Shown: positions 1-13,965 of the stretch, piece by piece
Layout: each line of letters starts with the position of its first letter
Numbering within the stretch: position 1 is the stretch's first letter
DNA from: Octopus sinensis
Lineage: Eukaryota
DNA: 64,000 nucleotides
NCBI RefSeq assembly: GCF_006345805.1
Contig: NC_042997.1
Coordinates: 159,030,001 to 159,094,000, forward strand
Reading direction: 5' to 3'
Notes under the pieces: generated by a model
Database searches by the model: none
Told to the model about the DNA's origin: nothing
Seen by the model: the letters and a program-made list of their open reading frames with translations, nothing else
Program-made: the position numbers and the translations under genes

Positions 1-660
1 TGGTTTGCTTGTCACAGTTCATTTTCTCTCTTCTTAATGAGTAATTTCCACATCATACATTATTTTCCTATTTGAATATAATCACCTCTTGGTGCTTCCT
101 TTATAACCCTTCTTTTATCTCTACTGCTATTTTCATCGATGTGTTGTTGGTTGTGCTTGTCTGATTCTGTTGATAGTTTCATTTCTTCTGGAACGCTGCT
201 TTTGTATAAATGGATTTGATATTTTTGCTTTTATCGAGTTATAAAATTTGACGCATTTTCTCTCTGTATTCTATTCGAGGTTGAGAGTTTATTGCAATAA
301 TGGCTGATTTGTAGCTGGTTTATATTTCTACCAGACTCTTACATTCCATAATTCTTTTTTATGTATAATCAACTGTACAATCACTGAACCTCACCTTTCT
401 GGAGGTGCACTGTGTACATTGCAAGCAATCTCTTTGTTTTGTAGCTAGTATTTTTTAATATCATCTAGCTTCCAGTTGAAGACGTTAATGTTATATGCTA
501 TTAATGGCATAGTTTTGGTGTTAATCTAATTTATGTTTTGCATTGAGCAGACTTTTTCTTCTATTTCATTCGGTTCTGTATTTTGCAAATATATTTTTTT
601 TCACTCTGTGCTGAATTTAGTCGCCTTCAAGACTGCTAATCATAATGAACTGTCCAAAAA
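1..660 (-). mobile_element. Decayed R4/Dong-like non-LTR retrotransposon fragment (RT thumb region)
   Basis: Minus-strand hand translation gives INTKTMPLIAYNINVFNWKLDDIKK and KTKRLLAMYTVHLQKGEVQ*LY (385-440), matching the R4/Dong motif INTxAVPxxxYxxxxxxW...KTRKLLTMxxxHHPKADVxRLY; many stops and frameshifts. Confidence 0.6.
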
Positions 661-1349
661 TTCAGCTTAGGTTTAAGAGTTAAATATAGTCGTCAATAGA
701 AATTCGTGATGATCTACTTCAATGTCGATTGGCTACTTGTTACATTTTAGATGACATCGTCTATATCAAATTTCATGCCAGTACATCTGAATGCAAACGG
801 AAATATGGCTATGTCTAGATGTTCGTGTTTTTCAGTGTCTGGGTTAATTGTTCTTAAAGTTCGAAGCACGGATGCGGCATTGTCAGAACTAAGGTATATA
901 CTCTAAGACTCGAGAGGAAGAAAGTTACTTGATGGGCCCGAGTGGCAGAGGTGCCTCGTGAAAATAAAGCCAAGATTTGGTCGTCCACTGACCAAGAGGA
1001 ACTCATTTCACACGATCTCAAGCAGATGTGTACATCTCTTCAGCAGCATTTCGATCAACCTTTAATGACAGAAGGAGAGCTGAAACACATGACGGCCTGC
1101 CTCAACTCTTGGTAAGTGACGCAGTGTTGCGAATTATTTCTTGTTTGAATCATTTGTTTCTTTAATTGTGTTTTCTTACAGTTTGCGTGGTTTCATGTAA
1201 CTCCATCTTATAGTGTAGTGTATCATCCTTCCCTATCCTCAATATTTCTGTAAACCCTTAGTGGTTAATAAATGAAATCATTATGATTATCATTCCGATA
1301 GTCGCTAATGCGCAGATGTGTTAGCGCTTTGAAAAAAATACTTACCAGC

Positions 1350-2000
1350 ATTACTTTCAGTTCTATTGCCTATACTGCTGGTCAACGTTAGGCAGCTACA
1401 TACATGTATGATTGTTTCTTCAGCAACTCCACCCATTCGTCTCTTCCTTATATAATTTTCCTAGCTTTGGTCTTGTTGATCAGCAGTCAATAATATTTTC
1501 ATCTTCATTTTTCAGCCTTACACTTTCAGCAACTTCTTGTCTTTTTTTTTTATTTTCTACTTCGTTTAATATTGTCGGGTATTGGAAATGTAGGGAGTTT
1601 TTATTTTTATTGTTTTAGGACGGAATTTTGGAGATTAATTTTCTGCTTAGATTTTAGTTTTTCCTTTATTTTTAATCAAATCATGTCGTAGTTTCTTAAT
1701 TCTCTTCATAAGACTTCAGCCTCGATTTTATTTTTGCTGTGTTTCTAGAAGATAGAAAATAAGTTTTCTTTTGTTTTGTTCTATTTTCCAGATAGTCGTG
1801 TTACTTTCTAATTACTGATTACTAGATTTTTTTTCAGTCCCATGGTAGATATTTTATAATGAAGTTTTACTTGCAGAAGGTCATTACTCTCTTGAATTAC
1901 CTGTTTCAGTAATATATTATAAATAAAGTAATTATTTTTATTTTCCTGTCTAGTCTTACTAATTGGTTTAGCGTTAAGTTGAAAATATTATAACGATAAC
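1350..2000 (-). mobile_element. Decayed R4/Dong-like LINE fragment (post-RT region to CCHC finger)
   Basis: LDRKIKI..., LLQVKLHYKISTMGLKK (1828-1879; cf. LIQLELTYKTTTIGL), LKNEDENI..QQDQS (cf. LKxETEGxIIAAQDQ) and RMGGVAEETIIHVCSC (cf. CRxCxxxxETIxHIxSGC), in the correct order. Confidence 0.6.
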
Positions 2001-2821
2001 TTGTAATAGAACAGCTACACAGTTTGCATTGAAGTCTGTTTTACGAATTAACCTAATAATTCTATATTTTTTCTACTCTTTTCTTTTATGTTTGTCTGTT
2101 TTTCACTTTTTCTCTCTTTCTTTCTCTCTCCCTTTCTCCACTCGCTCCCTCTCTCTTTCTTGTTCATCATTCTGTCTGTGTAAACCAGTGTTTGGTCTAA
2201 TTCCCTTATCTCTATTTCTTTATCTAACATATTAGTAGAGCTTATTAATTGCCCTCACTTCAAAGATACTTTAGCGCATTTTTCTCAAAACGAATTTCGT
2301 ATCGATTTCTCTTGTGATTTCGTGTAGTGTCTACGATATTCACAGTGATTTATCATTTGTGTCCTACAACCTGATGACATGTATTTACAAAAGTTATTTT
2401 GGTGTCATCTCATTGTAATTGTACCCTAGTTTAGCCTAGTTGGTTAAAGATGTTAACACTACGTGGAAGAAAAGTGGGCCTACGGAGTCCCTCCCCTTGA
2501 AACATTTCACTTTTAATAGGAATAGGTATGTTTTTTTGTCTTTTGTTTGTTTGTTTGTTTTTTTTTGTAATCCGTCTCTTGTTTGTTTCAACAGAATTAA
2601 AAATTTTTTTTTTTTCATTTCATAACCCTCCTCTTAGCGAATATTAGTAGAGCACATAGCTACGAGCACTTTCAACTCGCCATCTTGTAATCAATACATA
2701 CCTCGCTCATTCTATAGTGTTTGTTATGGCATTCTAACTTAGTAATTAATGTTTACAAATATGTGAGCCTTAGCAGCATTACGTTCGTTCTTCATGACAT
2801 GTTTGTTTTTTTCCATAATGC

Positions 2822-3190
2822 AAGCATGGTTGTGTGGTTACAAAGCTCGTTTTGCAACTATGTTGTTTGAAGTTCAGCCAAACTGCGTAGCATACTGGAC
2901 AAATGCGTTCTACTATAGCCCTGGACTGGCTGATGCCTTGTGAGCAAATTTGATAAGCGGATACTGTGTAGAAACCCGTTGTATATGTGCGAGTGATTGT
3001 GACTGTGCTTGTTTCACAGCTTGAGAACTAGTTTTGGTTTGTTTATGTACCTGTAACTTGTAGGTTGAGTTAAAGATTGTGAACGAATAAGTACCGTTTT
3101 TTAAGAAAATAGGCACTATGATGGATTAGTTCGATTAAACTCCTTCTAGGTGATGCCGTAGCATGGTCACAATTCAATGACTAAAACCTT
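2822..3190 (+). mobile_element. SINE family B, old degenerate copy
   Basis: Aligns by eye along its length with the better-preserved copy at 21205-21625 (ttctactatagccc...ttgtgag...gaataagtac...gcatggtcac..aatgact). Confidence 0.65.
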
Positions 3191-5149
3191 TCACGGCCGC
3201 TATGTATTTTGCCTGGCGTGCTAACGACTCTACTAGCTCACCACTCTACCATTGTATGATTATGATAATCAGTAACTCACTGCTTTTTATTTTAATTAAC
3301 CTTTGGCTTTTTTATTTTAACTTTTGTTCTCTTATTGACAGAATTAAGAATAACTATTTTCACTTGCACGTGAAAGTGCTTCATTTTGTCGTCAATGTCC
3401 TTTCCTTTAACATCCGTTGTTCCTACAAGAATAATTCCTACTGCTGGAACACTCTTCCGCATCCATACCACTTCTCTCTGCCTATCTTTCTATAACAAAA
3501 TGCTTTATGCTATTTTTCATTGATATATTCCTTCCAACAAAATACAACTGATCTATTCGAAATGCACATGTTATTTGTATAAATGTTTGTGAATGTAGCC
3601 AGTATTATGATTGCTCCTGAACATTTTGTCGATGTGGACTGCCACGCCTCACTCTGTTGTTATTTAATCTTTATCGGTAAACTTCTCAGCATTACTTGTT
3701 GTCCACTTTATGATATCTGAGAATTAGCCAAAGACACACAGCTGCTGCCCAATTTATACTATACAAAGCAATGTGTGTAAGCTAGCGCTAGACTTCCTGT
3801 ATATGGTTGCACCAAACTATCTATACATTCGACTTCAACTGCTTGCATTCGTTTTTAACATATATATATATATACTATGTATTTGTGTGTGTGTGTGTGT
3901 GTGTTTTTGTGTGTGTGTGGTGTGTGTGTGTGTGTAATCTAGATATGGAGAAATGCATCCTCCTCTGCAACTGACACTCCTTTCTGTGTATATTATTAAT
4001 TTCATACTGGCCAAATACATGTTGGCACAGACAGTTTTGCAGTAAGATTAAATTTATCCTGTCTATTTCCCGATATATTTCTCAATTATTGGTTGTTGTT
4101 TCTTTCTTTTCTGTATCTTATTGTAGTTTTTTGCTGCAACTATTCCTATGTCCTTTGCATCTTGAATGCGTGGCGCTACTTCTAGATTGTTACCACTTTT
4201 GAAAATGGACATATAATCTCTTACACAAGCTATTTGCGTCTGTCTTTGTTTGCTTCCAATCTAGTTGTTTTGTTATTGGAGTCTACTTTTTTTCTTATGT
4301 TGGGTTAAGATCTATTTTTTCCCTTCCATTTCTCCATATTGCATCAAATGGACTGAGCTATTCTTGCATGGATATGTTGCATAAGTCCAAACTTTTCAAA
4401 CGCTTTTCATACGCTATCTTGAAATGTATTCATTCTAACACTAGATTTGTTATTCTTCATAGAATTTTTTCTTTTCCGAACCATTTTACCCGTCACGCGC
4501 CGACCTCTACAGACATTGAGAACTGTTTTGTATCATTTCTGTGTTACTTGTAGCAAAAGGTGGATAAATTATCTTTTCCATTCTTTAAGTGAATAACCTA
4601 AGTGCTATTGGATCTCAGACAAATACACATTCATTAAACTATGCCTTTGCTTGAGATCTCCATTTCTATTACAGCAATATAAATTCTCGTGGTAGCAAAC
4701 CAACAATTTTATTGGGATTGGTTATCATTGTTTATTGATTTAACTAATCTGTCATATAAAATATGTAAACTTTTGTCCACAAGTTTCGAACCAAATCGAT
4801 CTCGTGGGCATGCTAGTTTTCTTTCCTAATTAGTGATTGTTTTTTAATGTGTTCGCCTGTCAAATAGGAATTTTTTTTGTTCCTAGTTTATTTCCCAGTT
4901 GGGTTATCTGTTGTACTTCACATTTCATGATATTTACAGCAGAGTATTTTTTCTAATGTCTTTTAATGTTGGAGATTTGTTATAATTCTATGTTTTCTGA
5001 TTTAGTTCCCTGTAGAACGTCTTTTTCTATTTTCAGTAAACTCTAATCAACGTCACGTGTTTGAAATTATCACTAATTTCCAGTGCTTTGGACCCAATAT
5101 CTACTTTTAAACGTTCTTACGTTTTTAAGCCATTTTGTAGGAGGAGGCG

Positions 5150-5340
5150 TTGTTGCTTAACCCTGGACCAGCTCTGACAGGCCAGACATTTTATCGAAAG
5201 CGTTTCGACCATGACGTCACATCCTTTTCCGGGTCATCGCTTATCTAGGACTACATTATACATTATGTTCTTCCATTTAAAAAATAATTAAATGTGATTT
5301 ATGGAAAACTTGGGTGCTATTTTTAGCAGATCATTCAACC
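5150..5340 (-). mobile_element. Short interspersed repeat family D (also ~12480-12560 +, 12830-12965 +, 16345-16420 -, 18000-18420 -, 34790-34990 +, 43420-43490 -)
   Basis: Recurrent motif tagaaatagcagccaaat.tc.ctcaaat.acacc...ttggataatgtagtcctaga...gatcagagctga...ctaaacaacaac in degenerate copies across the window. Confidence 0.55.
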
Positions 5341-5440
5341 ATATACAAGTTCCGTTTCTGGCTCTGAAACAAGATTGCAAGAAAGGCTATACTGATTATA
5401 TATTTCTAATATTATTTATTAGCCGTTTCTAAGATAACGA

Positions 5441-5910
5441 GACGCAGAAATGTTAGATCGTGGGGAAAAATCCTTTGCAAAATTTCTTCTGTCTCATTAC
5501 GTTCGGAGTCCAAATTCCGTAAAGGTCGACTTCACCTTTCGGGTCGATAAAATAAGTACCAGTAAAGGTCTTTGTAATTGACTTATCCCTTCTCGCTAAA
5601 ACAAAAATGCTGGCCTTGTGCCACAATTTGAAAAAAATAACTTTCTTAGTATTTCCAACAGTGTTTTCTATTCTCCTTATTTAATATTTTCTTATTCTGA
5701 AGGCGGCGAGATGGCAGAATCGTTAGCACAACGGGCGAAATCCTGAGCAGTATTTCATCCGTCTTTACATTCTGAGTTCAAATTCTGCTGGGATCGCATT
5801 TCCCTTTCTTCCTTTCGGGGACCAGTTAAACAATACCAGCTACGCACGGGGGTGGATGTAATCGACTTAACCCCGTACTTGCTGTTCTTATGTCAAAATT
5901 TTAAACTAAT
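5441..5910 (+). mobile_element. Two SINE family A copies (tRNA-derived head with A/B boxes plus gaggtcgactttgcctttcatcctttcggggtcgataaa core)
   Basis: Box A-like tggcagaatcg and box B-like gagttcaaatt at 5713-5785; shares its core with more than 10 other copies in the window. Confidence 0.85.
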
Positions 5911-6699
5911 ACTTTCTTATTCAGACTTTGATGTTTGCTTATTATGTTAGCGGTTGCATATATGATTTATATAGGTTACATTTGTTTCCTTGCTTGAATT
6001 ATTCATAATTTGTTATATAGCTTTATTTCTAGCTTTTGCGTTTTCTTCTGTTTTATTCATTTTAGTTCTATTTTGAGCATGAAATTCTTTCTTCCATCAT
6101 AGTACAATTTACTTCTGCAGTGTTTTGTTAATTTCTTTTATTAGATTTTCTAAACTATTCTTGGTGTTCTTAACATTTGTATTTATTTGAAGAAATGTTT
6201 CCTTTATATTGCATACTGCTGTCTTGTTTGTAATTGCTTGCATCTGTGTATTTGGAGTGTTTGGTTTATTGTGAATTGTATATACTTCATAGGTGTTGTC
6301 TTGTTATTAGGAACATTTCTTGTTCTATTCCGGATATTTTCTGTGTCCTTTTCTTTTTTTCTTTTTTTTTTCTTTTTAGAAATAGTACTTCAGCTTCTGG
6401 GAGTTCGTTATTCTTTTGTGATAGTTTTCTAGCATTTGAAAACATGTATTAACCGGCCTTATATTACATTTTTATTGTTTCTAGGAAGTCTGTAGTTGTA
6501 ATTTTCATCCCAATCCAAATCAAAATCTGTAGCCTAAGGAGTTTGTTGGTACATATCAATGTTTGTTTCAAAGAACAAAAAACCTGAGGATGCCTCTCTC
6601 TTTCCCAGTTATAGTTGACCACCGTTTCTTTGTGAAACCCGTTGCCGCCACTTGATGGATTTTCCCTTTTTTTAATCCTGTAGAGTGCACACGCACTCT

Positions 6700-9680
6700 C
6701 CTCATTCTATAAACTAAATGGAGGTGATTTAGTCGCCTTCTATGATATTGGTATCATGCATTGAGTTATGTAGTAGCAGTAGCAGGTAGGAAATATATTG
6801 AGTTCTGCAAATACCTAAGTTACATTTAATGGCTTAGAGCAGAAAGAGCACCAAACATAGCCATTGAAACTAGTGAGAGGAATTAGGAAGTTATCCTAAG
6901 ACCGGACATTGGTCAGGTGGTAGTATTCAGAGCAACTTATTAAGTATTCCATTGGAGAACATAATCAGTACCTCTACTGGATTTTCTCACACAGTTTACG
7001 TCTACCAAATTTCACTTTTCAAAAAGTTGATCCACTCGAGTTTCACATTTATTAAAAGAGTACAGCGCAACGGAATCGTACTCGAAACTACTTCGGTGCA
7101 AAGATAAAGGTGACAAAAACTGCCACGGAGGAGTGGTCCGGGGTTAGCACGGAGATCAGGCCAGGAAATGTAAAAGACCATATCCATCTCCAAAACGGGA
7201 CGGTAATGCACATAATGACTGAAGGCAAAATGCCACATTGTTTCATTTGTGGAGAAACAACCCATTTGCGAGATTTCTACCCTCAACTGATGAAAGGTGC
7301 AGGGGAACTAAGGTTTCCACTGTTGCCTACATCGGGGCGAGGACCACAACCCACACCAGCACCGGCAAAACCACAAGAAACAAAACATGAAACATCACCA
7401 AAGACATTGATCATCCTAAGGGAGAAACGAGGAAATGTCTTCCACTCCTCTCCCCACACCCCCCAAAAAATACACACATGAATAAAACCATAAACATACA
7501 GACAGACACAGACACACTTACAACCACAGACTCCTCATCTTCCAGTAGTGAAGATGAAGGAATACTAAAAGTCCCAAAAAACAAAAAAGCAAACACAAAA
7601 AAAACACCATAAATCATAACAACATCCTCAATAAAAATACGGACACTACCCACGCAGACATGTCCCCAGTAACACCAACACCAACACAACCAAGATCATA
7701 ACCATCACCAAAATCTCCCAAACTCTAACAACCTAAAAAGACACAAGAACAAACACTCACACAAGCATCTGAAAACTCAGACACCATACTCACAGCAAAC
7801 ACAGACACAAAAGAAACAGCACCAACAAAACCATCACCATCACAGCCAAACAAGCAAATAAAACCACACTAACAAAAATACTCAACTTCCCACTTATCAG
7901 AAGGAATAACAAGGAATTGAAGGCCATCGTAACACATTTCTCGTACCAGAAGATTTGCTTCTGGTGCGAATGCCCCTCGATTCTTACGTAAAAGTTCGAG
8001 AGAACTTTCCTCGAAAGTGAAACCCATATCGAGACTTTTAAAGGGGTTCCCCCCACCACCACCACTAAAAAAAATCCATTATGTAAGTCAAACCACCTGA
8101 CCTTCACAAAACACCGGGGTGTAAGTAAACCTTTCGTCTCTCTTTTAGCTTGCCAGTGTGGCCATATTAAGAGTAGTAAATTTAAATGTTCTGGGCCTGG
8201 GATCACCCTGGAAGCAGGAGCGTCTGCTCAACGATCTCAGGTTTTAAAATTGGACGTAACTGCTGCCAGCGATACCAGGATTTCCAGCACACGCGCACTA
8301 GCCCCCATTTTCGACGACTATGAGATCTTTGTATCTATTAATCGGCCGGGAATGATGGTTGGGGTGGGAGTGCTGTTTAGGAAATACCTGGATCTCGAGG
8401 TAAGGTCGATCTTCCGGGAACCGGATGGTAAGCTGGTGGTTCTGGATGTGAGCAATAGCGAAGGTGATGTCTTTAGACTGGTGGCCGTCTATGCCCCTAC
8501 CGGAGCCGAACGGCAATATTTCTTCAGACGTCTGGAAGCTTTTCTGAGTAGGTCTCGCCCTTTACTGTTAGTGGGGGACTGAACGGAATCTTAGACGCAT
8601 GCTGGGACTGTGTGGGAGTAGCTGATAGAAGCGGTGGGGTGCAAAAGCTTCACGCACCTGATCAACCAGTTCCAGCTGTCTGACAGGTACCGACGAGATT
8701 TCCCTAATGCGCCAGTGTGAACCTGAACCAACAACATCGGATCATCTAGATCGTATATAGGCAAGATTTTCACTAGAAAAATACACAGTAATTCTGTAGG
8801 ATGTCCACTTCTTAAACGGTCACCTATTGAGATCACAATTTTGTCATCTGTACAGGCGACCTAGATAAGATGCATAGGTTTGGACCCGGTTACTGGAAGC
8901 TAAACATGTCGTTTCCGGCACGCAAAGCGTACCTGGTCAACAATTTAATTAAGCAAAAGTTAACAGGGGGCGTCGTCAGCAACACGTATTGGTGAGCACT
9001 CAAAAGTGAGATTAGAATAATATCCATAGGGTTTAGCAAAGAAGAAGTGTTAGAGAAAATAGAAACGTGGAGGAGCTAGTAGCTAAGTTAAATGAGGTTA
9101 TTTGTAGTGGAATTGCAACCAACGTCCTAACAGCGAGAATGGCATTAGATCATTTCTTGAATGTGAAACATGAAGGTTGCATTGTCAGAGCTAAGATGTG
9201 TGCTCTGAGAAACGAAGGGAGCAAAGCTGTTCGATGAGCCCGCGTGACGGCGACGCAGCGTGGTACGAAACCACAATTCGGTTTTTGACGAACCGAGACG
9301 GACACGAACTGAGCGATTCCGGGCGGATGTATGAAGCCTTTCGCCAGCACTTTGCTCAGTTGGAAGTGGAAGGTCAGAGATGGTACTGGATTCCAGTTTT
9401 ACCTCGACGGCTTACCATGCCTCTCGACGGTCGACGCTGAGCCAAAATTAAGGATGCCTTTGTCGGTTGCACGAGGTGCAAGTCACCTGTTTTGGATAGT
9501 CGGCCCTATGCGCTTTGCGTAAATATGCCAGACTTGTTATCCAATCTACCGCAACTGGCAGCAGAACGGGAATATTCCCAGTTCTGTGAGTCGGAGTCTA
9601 GTGACGCTGATAAGGAAAGAGGAAAACAAGAGTGACACATTAGATAACTTCGAGCCCGTAACTCTGCTTTCAGCACTTTC
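6700..9680 (+). mobile_element. Tx1/L1-clade non-LTR retrotransposon, 3'-truncated and degenerate: ORF1 with zinc knuckle, low-complexity spacer, ORF2 APE endonuclease and start of RT
   Basis: ORF 7110-7481 has the gag-type knuckle CFICGETTHLRDFY (last Cys lost). From ~8172: LNVLGLGSPWKQ, GVGVLFRK, FRLVAVYAP, LLLVGD (APE motifs). Homology ends at RDNFEPVTLL (~9640-9670), the start of RT. The 5' boundary is approximate. Confidence 0.85.
8172..9680 (+). pseudogene. Disrupted Tx1-type ORF2 (APE endonuclease plus RT N-terminus)
   Basis: Track ORFs 8250-8582 (APE) and 9198-9440 plus hand translation between them; multiple stops and frameshifts. Confidence 0.8.
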
Positions 9681-10149
9681 AAAATAAAGTAACAGAAATG
9701 TGCTGATGTCTATGGCATCTACAAAAGCCTTTTTCTCAAAATTTCTGACTTTGTGCCAAATTTGATAACAGTAATAATAACTTATCATTATCTTCAATTA
9801 AGTGGTCCAGTGTAGATACTCGGAATTTTTTTCCTACATCAATCGTAAGAGCCCATTAATTTAATAGCGAATACATTTTTTTTTTAATTTGCTGTTATTT
9901 AAATTCATTTTTCAGCACTTCTATTACTCTGCTGCAAGTGCTATTTTTAATGAGAAGGGGGTTTTTTTTGTAAGTCTATATATATAGTTTCTCTGACGTT
10001 TTCTTTTGGTTTTTATCGAGAGTCTCTACCGATTGTGGAAAATGTATTCCAAGGAAATATACGATTTCCATTCCTGACTTAGATATTCTTCTTTTCATTA
10101 AGATTCGATGTTTCTCAATTCTGACATTTAGGAGTTCCCCAATTCGATT

Positions 10150-10440
10150 TATGTCTTACAAGATTTTCCGCAAATATAGAATATATAAATGGATGTTCTA
10201 GTGATACCTACGTCTATTTAGCATTAGAAAAGCATCGGTGAAGTATCATGTCTCTTTTTATTACAGTTAAAGTTTTATGTTTTGCAGATTTCCTAAATTT
10301 TCTGTCTATAATTTGTAATACAGTAGAGACATGAAACTCTTTGGTTAGACCTCTACTTCGTACATGAAACTGGATGTGGGTCTTATATAAAGGACTGGGC
10401 GTTATTTGTAACTGAAAAATATGCATTACAAATACCTAGC
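10150..10440 (+). mobile_element. Very old CR1/L2/Jockey-type RT C-terminal remnant
   Basis: NSLVRPLLRT*NWMWVLYK (~10335-10395) resembles YKSLVRPxLEYxxxVWSPY; this single motif is the only support. Confidence 0.3.
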
Positions 10441-11490
10441 ACAAAACTTATTAAAATCAAAAACAAAGTAGTGACTAAGCCCGGTGCTGACTTCATCACA
10501 ATATACCTTTACTATTTTCACTATCTACCACCTCTACTATCTACAACATGTAACAAAGATTGTATATACGTCAGTAGTCTAGCAGGTATGATCTTTATGG
10601 CCCTTAGTTTAATAATAAGAGTTCAGAGTTAGGATTCAATATAGTGCTATGTTCACCGATAATATATTTAGGGGAAACGCGTTCAAAATGTGGTGTGAAT
10701 ATTAAAGGTTGTCTGTCTCTAGACGTGAAGTTAATAGTCCAAGAAAGTATTGTTTATCGCTGGGAGTGGTGGCATTTTCTGTGTATGTGGCAATTTCAAC
10801 TAGATTTTAATTTTCCTCTTAAAGTTGTATTTATAATAGTACTAAAAGTGCTGAAAATAGTCAAGATACTAGAGTGTCGACGATGTAGCTGTTCTAAAGG
10901 AAATATATTGATGTCCCATATTAGTGTGTTATGAGGAGGAGGAAAAAATTCCTTGAGAAACGGAAAACAGCTAAGGTTTATGAAAAGGAGTTGTATCAAA
11001 ACAGAAAAGAAAACAAATAGGAGGAAGTGTAGTGAAATAGTTATGAGATAAGAACAGTGAGATTCGATCGGAGATTTGACTGCGCGTGGAGTGAAGCAGG
11101 ATAATCGGAAAGACGAATTCGGGTGAAGGCTACTATTTCTCATGCTAAAACCTCTGCGTGTTTTATTCATGACGTTATTCTATCAGTATTGCAATGACGT
11201 AAATTAAATATAGCTATAACTGTGAATTAACTTCATATAAATTAACTAGAACTATGTATTAACTTCATATAAATTAGCTATATAATTAGCTTAACGATTT
11301 TTCTGAGCTTCCCATCTACAGACACATGAGCAGTCTATTTTCAACGTCTTTTCTCTTCCTAAATCAAATTATATGAATGATGTAACTCTGTAAATGTTAA
11401 AACTAATCTTTCCTAGATCAAAGAATCCATTTTCTGAATATTAAAGCGTATGATAAAGATCTTTTCTAAACAAGAAGCGGGTTTATTTTG

Positions 11491-11668
11491 ACATACATAC
11501 ATACATACATGCATACATACATACATACATACATACATACATACATACATACATACATACATACATACATACATACATACACACATACATACATACACAC
11601 ATACATACATACATACATACATACATACATACATACATACATACATACATACATACATACATACATAC
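11491..11668. repeat. (CATA)n microsatellite
   Basis: Direct reading; explains track ORFs 11413-11714. Confidence 0.98.
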
Positions 11669-13763
11669 GTAGTACGTACACCCTAAGATAAAGTAGCCAA
11701 TTAATTAAAATCAATTTTAAAAACTGTAAAAATAACTTAATTAAAATTTTAAAAATAGATAAATGAATAATAGATTATTCCAACATACTTGACTTCTTCT
11801 AGCATATCATTTAGTGAGCACAACTATCAGAAATACAAAAGCAACTGACTGACTTAAAACTGTATTCTCAGTTGTTTTAGTGAATACCATTAAGCAGGAA
11901 GTAAGCTCTGATAGATACAAGACTGTAACCTGCTTTCAGTTCACAGTGGAATATTCTTTCCTTTTTATTTACACTGCAAATAGTTTACGAAATAGAAAAA
12001 CATGAAAATAAAGCATAGTTTCTTTCTTCCTGGGGGCAAAATGTATCGGCTTTTGCTAAGTTTGCATTTAGTGGGGTAAGATATGAATATCAACGTTTCG
12101 ACCCTTCTCCGGAACGAAAAAGAAAAAAAATCTCTCCGTAAGAATTCATCCAAGTTTGAGAATATTACTAAATGATTTTTATGAATTTGCATGTATTAGT
12201 ATATCCAAGGACGGAGACCTCAATACCGTTATTTCAAGGCCTTATACTTCATTTCAGACATTATATTTTCTCTTTCAGGTGTAGCGTAAGTTCCAAAGTT
12301 TACTGTATGTTTTTATTAATTAAGCTTCTCGGGGACAAGCATGCAGAGCCACCGATGAAGTTTTGACTCTAGGCTCAATTCAGTTTTGGTTTATTTACGA
12401 AATTCAGGCCCTTCGCAATATATAGATATTTAACCACTTTTAAATCAACGATTGAGTCTTAAAGTGAATGCTCAATCTATAAGAAACAGCAGCCAAATCT
12501 CTCTCAAATTGCACCCTACCAGTGTGGGAAGGAAGAGTCAAATACGTCAAGAGATAGCCATGGGGAATGGATGTTCCTTTGATGGAAGGGTCCCAGGATA
12601 GTCATAGGGAAGCCTAACAGAAAAGAAAACCTTTGATTTTAGGCCTCCTTAGTCACGTCTCAAGTAAGACTAAACAACAAATATTTTGCACCAAGTAAAA
12701 AAAAAAAGAAAACCTCTTCAATCAACCAGAGGTTTTGTCAAAATGAAAATATTTTCTGCAAAATCTTTCCTTGAAGTATTACTCTAAAATAACGATAATA
12801 CTAACAGTGAGGAACAAAGGAGTCTCTACGCCGTCCCTTAGCGTACGAGAAAGAGCAGCCAAAGTTCTCTCAGATTACACATCGTATTTAAAAAAAATAC
12901 ATTGGACGTGGTATTTCTGATATACGAAACAAACCGGAATGTTCGATCAGAGCTGAACTAGATGAAAAAAAAATAAAAGACTGGAACTTTGTTACAAATA
13001 GATATGGCTACTTTCATCAGATATTGGAAATGAAAGAAAACTACAACATATACGAGACAATTAAACGTGCGATTCCATTCATCGTTTTACGCTAGGGTTT
13101 CTAATATCTCTTTGCTGTAAACTGACTGGCCGTACATCGATCTGCTCCGAGTGCTATGCTTCAAGCAAGAAATCTTCATTTAATCCGATAAACTATTGTA
13201 TTACTTCCTTATCCCATCATACAAAGTCTTAGTAAATCACCAATGAATACACATCAGTTGGCCCTTTCGTCTGATTGTCGTATTATTGACTAGATATTTC
13301 TGGAAGATTTTCTAATCTGATACTAGATGGAATATCTAAGATTTATAGTTGCTGTTTCTTTTTTCTCAAGAATTATCTGAATATTTTGATTCAAGAAATC
13401 ACGCTGTTGATAGAAGAATAGCTTACAAAACTCTTCTAGCAGCTAAAATTGACTACATTCATCTCCTCAAAGAAACATACTTGTATAAACATGCATACGC
13501 AAGTAACAACACAACTACATATCTAAACACAAAGTCACACATATACATTGATGTCTATAAGATTACACACACACACACACACACCTATATATGTGTGTGT
13601 ATGTGAGTATCTATGAGTGTATTGATTGATCATTTCTTCATAGAAACAACAAATAAAGACATTTATGTATATGAGCGTTGCGAAGAGTTACACGTAGAAA
13701 ACATTTGTACATGTATTTATCGTTTGGTTGTTTCAGTCATTCTATGTGAGCATGTGTAGCTTA

Positions 13764-13932
<169 letters not shown>

Positions 13933-13965
13933 CGTGTGTGTATATGTATATACATATTAGTTAAA

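Larger units (their letters stand above)
3480..6450 (-). mobile_element. Decayed R4/Dong-like LINE (N-terminal region, RT start, C-terminal remnants), interrupted by SINEs
   Basis: IIYATANII (~5950), KTFYRELNQK (4994-5023), KSLHILYDRLVK and NPNKNCWFATTRIYI (~4690-4790; cf. PEWLTTGRTYLLPK), SSCVSLA..LRYHKV (~3710-3750). Collinear but heavily frameshifted. Confidence 0.5.

Noticed and set aside
1335-1352. atacttacc resembling the U1 snRNA 5' end or a minus-strand splice donor
   Set aside because: No further U1 similarity; the adjacent sequence translates as an R4/Dong zinc-finger remnant.
5700-5790. tRNA gene calls from A/B boxes in SINE heads
   Set aside because: They do not fold into a full cloverleaf and continue into SINE bodies.
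10650-10690. ccgataa...gaaacgcgtt and similar partial hammerhead-like strings (also ~2371, 12085-12115 minus, ~19840, ~46050 minus, 52265, 57328-57354 minus)
   Set aside because: Core, stem II or stem I is missing in each; at most decayed remnants.
12265-12291. Strong acceptor and donor 7 nt apart (ttcag|GTGTAGC|gtaagt)
   Set aside because: Frame-shifting length, no gene context, plausible by chance.
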